Assembly (NCBI GenBank): GCA_964579205.1
Contig: CAZOFH010000005.1
Span: 6,870 to 70,869, forward strand
From: an uncultured Christensenella sp.
GTDB taxonomy: Bacteria > Bacillota > Clostridia > Christensenellales > UBA1242
Direction: 5' to 3'
DNA: 64,000 nt
Shown here one piece after another: positions 1 to 6,557 of this stretch. Every line of letters begins with the position of its first letter. The first letter of the stretch is position 1. Made by a program: the position numbers and the translations under genes. The notes beneath the pieces were generated by a model. The model saw only the letters and a list, made by a program, of their open reading frames with translations, ran no database searches and was not told the DNA's origin.

Positions 1-834
1 ACCATCGCTTCTGACATCAATTCAAACGAAACCGACAATATCCAGACCATCGTGAGGTACAACGAGCAGTATGTGGCGACTTCTGAGGCGAACTTGCGGA
101 GTTTTTATGACGCATACCTCAGCCCGCACAGCACCAGCATAATGAGTTGCCTCAAAGTGAACAAGGAGGAGAGCCAAGGTCAAAGTGATGACAGTAGTAG
201 TGGCGGCGGCGAACAAAGCGAAACCGAGCAAAGTGGCGGTTCATCCGCAAGCCCTGCTCCCACAACGGACAAAATCAAAAACGAGGGCGAAATCGCAGTT
301 TTCAAAAACGGTCGTCTCGCCAAAATTCTCACTAGCGAAGAGCGTGTCAAGTTTAGTTGGCTAGACAATCGCCTAAACGACACCCCGTTTTCGCTCGAGC
401 ATATCACTGACCAAATTTTTGATGACGCAACGGTCGGATTTAACATAACGGACAAAAGCATCTCTGCCGAGTACAAATTTGTCAACAACACCCCGTGCAT
501 CTATTACACGATTGACCTAAACTTGCGTACCGAAATGATTTCGGAAGCGAGCGGGAAACTACCACGCACGCAAAATTATCACACCCCAGCGGTCGCCGAT
601 GCCGTGCAAACTCGCGTCTCAAACGACGTCGCCGACGCAATGGAAATTGCCAAGGAGTATGGCTTTGATACGTACAATTTTTATCGCTCTTTCCTCATCG
701 CCTGCCCCGCCGAGTGGAAAAAATACTTGACACAAATCGGTCCTGACGGCGATTATATGCAAAATGTCGAGGTTTTCGTCAAAACGAATATCAATACTTA
801 TGGACTCGGCTCGGTCATTACCGCGACGAAGTAG
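1..834 (+). CDS. Ger(x)C-family spore germination lipoprotein, C-terminal part (5' end lies outside the window)
   Basis: Frame 1 is open from base 1, upstream of the first ATG at 52. 'GEIAVFKNGRLAKILTSEERVKFSWLDN' and the C-terminal 'EYGFDTYNFYRSF..EWKKY' match the GerAC/GerBC family pattern as I remember it. Confidence 0.6.
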   Translation, partial: TIASDINSNETDNIQTIVRYNEQYVATSEANLRSFYDAYLSPHSTSIMSCLKVNKEESQGQSDDSSSGGGEQSETEQSGGSSASPAPTTDKIKNEGEIAVFKNGRLAKILTSEERVKFSWLDNRLNDTPFSLEHITDQIFDDATVGFNITDKSISAEYKFVNNTPCIYYTIDLNLRTEMISEASGKLPRTQNYHTPAVADAVQTRVSNDVADAMEIAKEYGFDTYNFYRSFLIACPAEWKKYLTQIGPDGDYMQNVEVFVKTNINTYGLGSVITATK

Positions 835-860
835 TATGCCATTGTGCTAAAAAACAAAAA

Positions 861-897
861 CCAAAAACCGTCACATATAGTGACGGTTTTTGGTTTT
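861..897. terminator. Bidirectional rho-independent terminator between the convergent ger(x)C and rpsR genes
   Basis: Hairpin AAAACCGTCAC-atata-GTGACGGTTTT, flanked by an A-run and a T-run. Confidence 0.7.
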
Positions 898-943
898 ACA
901 GCCCTGTAATAAAATACAAGTCTGCATATTTTACCCCGCAAAA

Positions 944-1297
944 TTAGTCGGCAGAATAAGGCAAAAGAGCCATATATCTAGCACGCTTGATAGCGGTGGT
1001 CAATTCTCTCTGGTGCTTTGCGCAAGTACCAGTTTGACGGCGAGAAACAATCTTACCCTTTTCAGTAACGAAACGACGAAGTCTAGCCACATCCTTGTAG
1101 TCAATCTCAGACACTTTGTCTTGACAGAATTGACAAACCTTACGGCGAGGCTGTGGGCGACGACGGCGCTCTTGCTGCTGCTCCTCAGAGCGAGGCTTAC
1201 GCTCAAACTTCTCTTGCTTTGCATCCTTGTTCTCAGCCTTTGCCTCTACAGCGGGCTTTACTTCTTTGATTTCAGCAACTTCTTGGTTTTCAGCCAT
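944..1297 (-). CDS. rpsR: 30S ribosomal protein S18 with a Lys/Glu-rich N-terminal extension
   Basis: '[64 protein letters not shown]' is a canonical S18 sequence. It is the last gene of an rpsF-ssb-rpsR arrangement. Confidence 0.95.
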   Translation of the reverse strand: MAENQEVAEIKEVKPAVEAKAENKDAKQEKFERKPRSEEQQQERRRRPQPRRKVCQFCQDKVSEIDYKDVARLRRFVTEKGKIVSRRQTGTCAKHQRELTTAIKRARYMALLPYSAD

Positions 1298-1404
1298 TTT
1301 TGTCTCCTTTTAATAAAATAATTTAAAGTGATTAATAAAAATCAAATAAGAATAGGTTTCATTGAATAAATTTGAAAAATTAAACTAAATAAAATTTTGA
1401 ATGA

Positions 1405-1824
1405 TTAAAAAGGCAAATCGGTGTCATCTACAGGCTCTAGAGCCGAGACCTTGGCAGTCTCTTGCGGCTCTGCAGCAGTATGACTACCATCGCCAGCACC
1501 AGCATTCTCTCCCCTAGGTGTCAAAAACTCAACATCGTCGAGGATAATATCGGTAGTGTAGCGCTTTTCACCATTCACTTCATAAGTACGGTTTTGCAAA
1601 GCGCCAATCACAGCGACCTTGGTGCCCTTGTGCAGATACTTGCCACACCTGTCAGCCAAACCTCTCCACGCGGTGAGGTTGAAAAAATCCGCCTCACGCA
1701 CACCGTCAGCATTAGCAAAATTACGGTTGACAGCAATGCTAAAACGGCACATAGAGATACCACTATTGGTGGTGGTGAGTTCTGGGTCACGAGTCAGGTT
1801 ACCAATCAAAAATACTTTGTTCAT
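1405..1824 (-). CDS. ssb: Single-stranded DNA-binding protein
   Basis: 'MNKVFLIGNLTRDPEL' OB-fold N-terminus and an acidic tail ending 'DDTDLPF'. Start moved to the ATG at 1824, 9 nt after a GGAG. Confidence 0.93.
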   Translation of the reverse strand: MNKVFLIGNLTRDPELTTTNSGISMCRFSIAVNRNFANADGVREADFFNLTAWRGLADRCGKYLHKGTKVAVIGALQNRTYEVNGEKRYTTDIILDDVEFLTPRGENAGAGDGSHTAAEPQETAKVSALEPVDDTDLPF

Positions 1825-1842
1825 TGTCATTTGCTCCAAAAA

Positions 1843-2124
1843 TTATTTTTTAATAATCATCTTGCGAACGAAGAATTCGGTCAGAGCCATTTGCTCCTCC
1901 ATCTTGCGCAAAAGTGTAGGGTTGGCAGTAAAGTTCATCAAAACGTAGTACCCCTCACGCTTATCTTGGATAGGATAAGCGAACTTTTTGACACCAATCT
2001 TGTCAATAGAATCAACGACACCGCCGTCAGCCACTACCATATCACTAAACTTTTTGATAATAGCCTCGCGAGCCTCCTCTTCTGCATTGATAGAAATGAT
2101 GTAAAGCATCTCATACTTGTTCAT
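1843..2124 (-). CDS. rpsF: 30S ribosomal protein S6
   Basis: 'MNKYEMLYII...KKFAYPIQDKREGYYVLMNF' is S6-like. AGGAGG lies upstream of the ATG at 2124, which is an internal Met of the 109-aa track ORF. Confidence 0.93.
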   Translation of the reverse strand: MNKYEMLYIISINAEEEAREAIIKKFSDMVVADGGVVDSIDKIGVKKFAYPIQDKREGYYVLMNFTANPTLLRKMEEQMALTEFFVRKMIIKK

Positions 2125-2268
2125 ATTGAGAAAACCTCCTTTTGGACTAATGGACAAAGCGAACCAACGCACGAGTAGCCCGAACCATTACCAGCCCGAG
2201 TGCTAATACTAGCCCGCTAAAAACATACTAGCCCGCTTTGTCAAGGATTACTCTCGTAATCTACCCAT

Positions 2269-2297
2269 ATTATAGCACAAGTTTCGTAAACTTGCAA
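2269..2297 (-). promoter_or_regulatory. Sigma-A-type promoter for rpsF-ssb-rpsR (TTGCAA-N17-TATAAT)
   Basis: On the minus strand, TTGCAA lies at 2292-2297 and TATAAT at 2269-2274 with a 17-nt spacer. This implies a 5' UTR of about 135 nt. Confidence 0.45.
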
Positions 2298-2344
2298 TAC
2301 TTTACGCAAAAGAATTTTTGGGAATTTTTATAGATATTCCGCTT

Positions 2345-2440
2345 TCTCTTGTCACTATGTGCAGGCAGTTTCGTTTTGGGGTTCGCTATCGCTCACAGAT
2401 TCCACGGACGCAAATGCGTCCTCTGAATGACAAAGGAAGG
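2345..2440. repeat. Intergenic structured repeat, copy A
   Basis: Core is GGGGTTCG-[GC tatc GC]-TCACAGATTCCAC-[GGACGC aaat GCGTCC]-TCTGAATGACAAAGGAAGG. It shares a 5' extension (TCTCTTGTCaCTATGTGCAGgC) with copy D. Confidence 0.75.
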
Positions 2441-2450
2441 CATCCCCCCA

Positions 2451-2487
2451 AAACAAAAAGACCCCCACAGGGTCTTTTTGTTTTGCC
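2451..2487. terminator. Bidirectional rho-independent terminator (3' end of the 2540..3241 gene)
   Basis: AAAAAGACCC-ccaca-GGGTCTTTTT with flanking A and T runs. It is nearly identical to the terminator at 3599-3633. Confidence 0.75.
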
Positions 2488-2539
2488 ACATCCCTCAAAA
2501 ACTTGCAAAAGCCAGTTTCCCTTTTTTAGGCATTTCGAT

Positions 2540-3241
2540 TTACGCCCATTTGATGCCGTTGGTGTTAAAGTCGATGATGCCATTCCAGTCGGCGGTAGAA
2601 ATGGTCGCGCCAGAGTTTTTGTTTTTGGCAGTGACGACGACTAGCCCTTGCATTTTTTTGCCCAAGTTGGCGGTCGTCAAAGTCTGAGTCAGCGGATAAA
2701 AGTCATTTATCATACTGGTAAAACTCGTCCCCACCGCGGTAAACTCTTTGGTCACGCAAAGAGCGGAATAAGCATAGGTTTGATTGCTCGAATTTTTTGG
2801 CACACTAGTGATGAGCGCCTGCTCTTGGGCAGTGTAATTGGCACTAGTGACCGTGGTCGTGCCTGTAGAGGCAGTAATCGCCGAAATCGAACTATTGGTG
2901 GTGTACACAATAGCGAAAACACGCACTACTACCGAAGTCCGAGTGCCAGTACCTTGGGTCACTTTGACACCGATATTCTCAAAGAACGGCGCCGAAAGAG
3001 TGGCATCATCCACGATATATGTACTAGTCGCCCCTGCGGTCGCGATTTGCCAATGGTGACTATTGTCTATCCCCTGCACCTCGAGCGTAACGCTATCGGC
3101 AAAACCGAGCGAAACCGACGCTTTTTTGGCACTGCTAAAGAACGCCAGCACAATAGTACTGATTACCGCCGCCACCAGCAAAAGAGTTAGCACGGAAAAA
3201 ATAATAATGGTCGGCAAATTTTTCATCTTGCGCAAAATCAA
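2540..3241 (-). CDS. Secreted protein with a SipW/TasA-style N-terminal signal (paralog 5)
   Basis: The N-terminus 'KNLPTIIIFSVLTLLLVAAVISTIVLAFFSSAKKASVSLGF' parallels the other paralogs and the TasA/CalY '..GGGTWAAFND/AFFSD' pattern. The start is uncertain; the TTG at 3235 has the best spacing from AGGAGG. Confidence 0.6.
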   Translation of the reverse strand: MILRKMKNLPTIIIFSVLTLLLVAAVISTIVLAFFSSAKKASVSLGFADSVTLEVQGIDNSHHWQIATAGATSTYIVDDATLSAPFFENIGVKVTQGTGTRTSVVVRVFAIVYTTNSSISAITASTGTTTVTSANYTAQEQALITSVPKNSSNQTYAYSALCVTKEFTAVGTSFTSMINDFYPLTQTLTTANLGKKMQGLVVVTAKNKNSGATISTADWNGIIDFNTNGIKWA

Positions 3242-3266
3242 TTCCTCCTAATATACACTCTTAATT

Positions 3267-3296
3267 ATTGTACCACATTTGTACATTTTTTTGCAA
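3267..3296 (-). promoter_or_regulatory. Promoter for the 2540..3241 gene (TTGCAA-N18-TGgTACAAT)
   Basis: On the minus strand, -35 TTGCAA lies at 3291-3296 and an extended -10 TGgTACAAT ends at 3267. A TGTACA palindrome sits in the spacer. Confidence 0.45.
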
Positions 3297-3351
3297 ATAA
3301 ATTGCAGGATAATTTTGACAATTCCAAAAAATTGTTTTTGAGGCTTTTTTT

Positions 3352-3416
3352 GGGGTTCGGCTAAAGCCTCACAGATTTCACGGACGCAAACGCATCCTCT
3401 GAATGACAGTGGAAGA
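3352..3416. repeat. Intergenic structured repeat, copy B
   Basis: GGGGTTCG-[GGC taaa GCC]-TCACAGATTTCAC-[GGACGC aaac GCATCC]-TCTGAATGACAGTGGAAGA. Confidence 0.75.
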
Positions 3417-3454
3417 AAATGACTAAATAGTGTCGGGGGCGGCTGTTCCCGACT

Positions 3455-3516
3455 GGGTTCGCTAGCGCTCACAGATTCCACGCAGTTGTAGCAACTGCTC
3501 TGAATGACAGAGGAAG
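3455..3516. repeat. Intergenic structured repeat, copy C (tandem with copy B)
   Basis: GGGTTCG-[GC tagc GC]-TCACAGATTCCAC-[GCAGTTG tag CAACTGC]-TCTGAATGACAGAGGAAGA. Confidence 0.75.
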
Positions 3517-3546
3517 AAAATTTGACTTTATAATAATTAGTAAAAT

Positions 3547-3597
3547 GGGGTCGAGGGGGCTCCCCCCAGCCTCTAAATAGCAAAGGCAGGCATCCCC
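3547..3597. repeat. Partial or degenerate repeat copy fused to the terminator module
   Basis: '..CCTCTAAATAGCAAAGGCAGGCATCCCCC' parallels the 3' end of copy A ('CCTCTGAATGACAAAGGAAGGCATCCCCCC'), and the same terminator follows. Confidence 0.5.
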
Positions 3598-3598
3598 C

Positions 3599-3633
3599 AA
3601 AACAAAAAGACCCTGCGGGGTCTTTTTGTTTTC
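3599..3633. terminator. Bidirectional rho-independent terminator (3' end of the 3682..4395 gene)
   Basis: AAAAAGACCC-tgcg-GGGTCTTTTT with A and T runs. Confidence 0.75.
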
Positions 3634-3681
3634 GTTTAGTAAATTACTCTATCATTCAGCGGCGTGATAGCGTGGGAGTTA

Positions 3682-4395
3682 TCAGCTGACTGTCCAAGAG
3701 GTAGTCGAGATATCGGCAGACTGGATGGCTTGCTCGATGCTACCTGAGTTTTCGTATACTGCAGCGAAGTACAGAGTAGCAGTAAAGGCAGTGTCAGCCA
3801 ATGCGTTGATAGCCGAGTCAGTGTAGCCGGTGTTGATATATTTTGTGAGCCAAGCCTCGGCGCCGGTCTGACCACTAGCCTCGAGAGTGAATTGCGCCCA
3901 TTGATATGATGTGCCAGCGTTATTAATCTTGGCAGAGAAATATGTCGGGGTGCCATTCGCAAAGTTGCGAGAATCAGAGGTACTATCAGCCAAAGCGGTC
4001 GTTCCAGTCGCGGTAGTAGTACCTACATTGAGGGCAGGCTTTGCCTTGCTCCCGTTGGCAGTGATGACCACTGCGACAGCCACGATTACCTTTTTGCTGG
4101 TGTTATTCTTGACTCTGATAGGAGCCAGCGCAACACCTTGAGTGAGTTCGGTATTGGCGGTCAGTTGGTTGCCGATAGTGCCGTTTTTGTTGACGAGATA
4201 CGCTTCCCATTGCCCTGAACTAGTGAGACCGTTGGTCGCGGTGATAGATACCTGACTCGCGAAACTCAGCGTATTACTAGCCTTGGCAGTAAAACTAAAA
4301 CCTGCCAGCACGATAGTAGCGGTGAGGGCGACTGCCAGCAAAACCGACAAAACTACTACACTGATACTCAGTGATTTTGTTTTGGTAAGTGCCAT
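3682..4395 (-). CDS. Secreted protein with a SipW/TasA-style N-terminal signal (paralog 4)
   Basis: Starts at 'MALTKTKSLSISVVVLSVLLAVALTATIVLAGFSFTAKASNTLSF' (ATG at 4395, AGAGGA upstream). The body is Ser/Thr/Ala-rich and looks beta-rich. The C-terminus 'LYFAAVYENSGSIEQAI' is paralogous to the 4487..5161 gene. Confidence 0.65.
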   Translation of the reverse strand: MALTKTKSLSISVVVLSVLLAVALTATIVLAGFSFTAKASNTLSFASQVSITATNGLTSSGQWEAYLVNKNGTIGNQLTANTELTQGVALAPIRVKNNTSKKVIVAVAVVITANGSKAKPALNVGTTTATGTTALADSTSDSRNFANGTPTYFSAKINNAGTSYQWAQFTLEASGQTGAEAWLTKYINTGYTDSAINALADTAFTATLYFAAVYENSGSIEQAIQSADISTTSWTVS

Positions 4396-4419
4396 ATTTG
4401 TTTTTCCTCTTAATTTTTT

Positions 4420-4460
4420 TTGATTTACAAAAACAATGGACAACCCAAAACAGGTCGTCC
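4420..4460 (-). terminator. Rho-independent terminator after the 4487..5161 gene
   Basis: On the minus strand, GGACGACC-tgttttg-GGTTGTCC is followed by a T-rich tract. Confidence 0.6.
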
Positions 4461-4486
4461 GATTGTAAATTATTTGTTAATGTTTA

Positions 4487-5161
4487 TTATGCACCAGCAA
4501 AGCTTGAGTAAGTACCAGCAGCGATAGCAGAGTTGATGTTTGTAATAGCGTTTGCATCATCTACAACAGCAACAATGTAAATTGTACCCTTAAATCCTGA
4601 ACCAGAAGCCAACGCTGTAGAGTTGAATGCTGAGTGAATGTAGTTAAGAACTGTTGTTGCAGCAGCAACGCTAGCACCTTGCTTAAATACTTTCCAAGTA
4701 GCAGCCTCAGTGCCTGGAGTTACTGTAGAATCAGTAGCGCCAGTAGCGAATGCATTCCCTGCAGAGTGAGCAGTATCAGTAGTAGCAGCAGTAGAACTGT
4801 CAACATACAAACCAGCCAATTCAGTACCAGCCGCTTCGATTTTGTAACCTACAGCGATAGCTACACCTACAGAACTTGTGTTTTTAACAGTAATGTTTGA
4901 AAGTGATACACCTTGTGAAAGTCCGCTTGTTGTGCTAGTTGTTGTACTAGAAATAGTACCATTAGCATCGATTGTGTGAGCGTTCCAAGCGCTACCTGAA
5001 ACACCAGTGACTTCCAAACTAATACCATTACCGAAAGTCAAAGTGGTAGTCGCACTACCTGTGAACGAGAAGGCTGCGAGTACGATTGTAGCAGCCAAAG
5101 CGGCAGCCAAAAGCACCGACAAGGTCACGATAGCTACAGTCGACATTTTTGTCTTTGTCAT
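4487..5161 (-). CDS. Secreted protein with a SipW/TasA-style N-terminal signal (paralog 3, candidate major subunit)
   Basis: Starts at 'MTKTKMSTVAIVTLSVLLAAALAATIVLAAFSFTGSATTTLTFGNG' (ATG at 5161, AAAGGAG 10 nt upstream). The upstream part of the 280-aa track ORF looks non-coding. Confidence 0.65.
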   Translation of the reverse strand: MTKTKMSTVAIVTLSVLLAAALAATIVLAAFSFTGSATTTLTFGNGISLEVTGVSGSAWNAHTIDANGTISSTTTSTTSGLSQGVSLSNITVKNTSSVGVAIAVGYKIEAAGTELAGLYVDSSTAATTDTAHSAGNAFATGATDSTVTPGTEAATWKVFKQGASVAAATTVLNYIHSAFNSTALASGSGFKGTIYIVAVVDDANAITNINSAIAAGTYSSFAGA

Positions 5162-5638
5162 AATAAATGACTCCTTTTTATTTTTTTTGAATTGTGTCTC
5201 GGTATCCAACCTATTTACGACGGGTCCCAACAGGTCGTATGAGGTTTTCGCCAGACTGTATATCCTCTTGCCCATAAGTATACTGCTGTCCAGCGGTGCC
5301 ACAGTGCTAGGTAAAAAACTCGGGTACATTACCTGTCAAAAAATCGCACTCGGCTGGCACCGAAACTATTGTGAGACTACTATCTACTCTGCTATCCTTG
5401 CACAGCATCATCCCCCACCTCTCCTATTTTTGTCAAGGCTAGAGGACACGATCTCCTGAACCACCCTATGAGCATGGGAAATCATTCTTCGCTCTAGTCT
5501 TGTCATTAGTGTGGTATGATGTCGCCCGCGGATAGTCGAGCATCTCAGTAGCACAGCCCCGTCATCAGACAAAGGCGGAGCCGTAGTCTCGCTACTGGGT
5601 AGTTTAGGGAGGTTCCGCTCCACAAGTTCATCATTTAT
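5162..5638 (-). promoter_or_regulatory. Long (about 470 nt) structured 5' leader of the 4487..5161 gene; class unknown
   Basis: The only good sigma-A promoter I can find lies at 5646-5675. The intervening sequence is GC-richer than other spacers, has no credible ORF, and contains many complementary segments, for example CGGTGCCA paired with TGGCACCG. Confidence 0.4.
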
Positions 5639-5645
5639 TGGAATA

Positions 5646-5675
5646 ATAATATCATTAATTGATATCGTTTGGCAA
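5646..5675 (-). promoter_or_regulatory. Promoter (TTGCCA-N18-TATTAT) with upstream A-tracts
   Basis: On the minus strand, TTGCCA lies at 5670-5675 and TATTAT at 5646-5651. Phased A-runs lie upstream at 5690-5760. Confidence 0.4.
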
Positions 5676-5912
5676 ACGATTTTGAGGTATTTTTTCGATT
5701 TTTTTTATTTTTTTTCGATTTTTTTTGTTTTTTGGGGTTTTGGGGGGATTTTTGTCACTTTTTGACGGCAAATATGTGAGTGTGAGGAGAAATGACTGAG
5801 TATAGGAGGAATAATGCAGCACTATGTGCAAATTCTCCCTTTTGTTACATTTTTTGCATTTTGCGCTATTTTTATACACTGCCGATGAGGAAATTGGAGG
5901 GAACCACCTCAT

Positions 5913-5944
5913 AAAAAAGAACGCCGTGGGGCGTTCTTATAAAA
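5913..5944. terminator. Bidirectional rho-independent terminator after the 5952..6536 gene
   Basis: AAGAACGCC-gtgg-GGCGTTCTT flanked by A and T runs. Confidence 0.7.
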
Positions 5945-5951
5945 TGATGCA

Positions 5952-6536
5952 TTACGCGGCGATTGGCTCGACGTCTACGGTAAATGCGCAATCGACGGAG
6001 GTGACAGTACCCACGAGGTAGCCGTCATTTGGGCTGCCGCCAAAGTTACTAGTGCTGGAGGTATCAAAGCCTAGTGGCACGGTGACGGTCAAGGTGGCTG
6101 CTTTGGCAGTGCCGGCGGTGACCTCTAGTCCGCTCCCCAGTCCCAAGGCGAATGTCCACGCGCCTGCAGTAGTGGTGACGGTAGCGGAATTATTTGAATT
6201 TGACACTGAGGTAAAACTCTTTGAACTATTCGTCCCCCAATGCAAGGTAAATGATGTCAACTGAAAGTTGGTCAATTTTACCTTGGTCGCGTGGTTGGCT
6301 TCGGTAGGTAGGTTAAAGTGGACGGTGGCTTGGCTAGTGCCGCCGGGGTACAATTTTGCAGCGACAGAAGTGCTACACGCGACAGTACCGAGGTCTGCTA
6401 TATAGACGGTATTTTTGCCATAACCGTACGATGACATTGCGGCGAGAGTAATGCTCGCGGTCATTGCGACGACCATTATCAACACCATTGATATAAATAT
6501 GGTTAGAGTTGCTCGCGAATGGGTAATCCTGCGCAT
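5952..6536 (-). CDS. Small secreted protein with a SipW/TasA-style signal (paralog 2)
   Basis: 'TLTIFISMVLIMVVAMTASITLAAMSSYGYGKN' at the N-terminus, with a GGAGGGGGAG RBS. It lies 21 nt downstream of the 388-aa gene. Confidence 0.55.
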   Translation of the reverse strand: MRRITHSRATLTIFISMVLIMVVAMTASITLAAMSSYGYGKNTVYIADLGTVACSTSVAAKLYPGGTSQATVHFNLPTEANHATKVKLTNFQLTSFTLHWGTNSSKSFTSVSNSNNSATVTTTAGAWTFALGLGSGLEVTAGTAKAATLTVTVPLGFDTSSTSNFGGSPNDGYLVGTVTSVDCAFTVDVEPIAA

Positions 6537-6557
6537 TTACTCCCCCTCCTAATTGAT

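Noticed and set aside
5408-5623. A 71-aa ORF inside the long leader, and the N-terminal 56 residues of the 280-aa track ORF (5162-5329).
   Set aside because: The composition is not protein-like, and there is no RBS. A strong AAAGGAG-N10-ATG at 5161 begins the conserved signal peptide. The region is treated as untranslated leader.
5162-5638. Local resemblances in the leader to RNase P RNA (GCUACUGAGAUGCUCG, GUAGAUAGUAGUC), the T-box core (AGGGTGGTTC) and the hammerhead core (CTGATGA).
   Set aside because: The universally conserved RNase P CR-I (GAGGAAAGUCC) and CR-V are absent. The T-box ACCGCG segment and specifier architecture are absent. No GAAA or stem II/III arrangement follows CTGATGA. 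These are probably chance matches.
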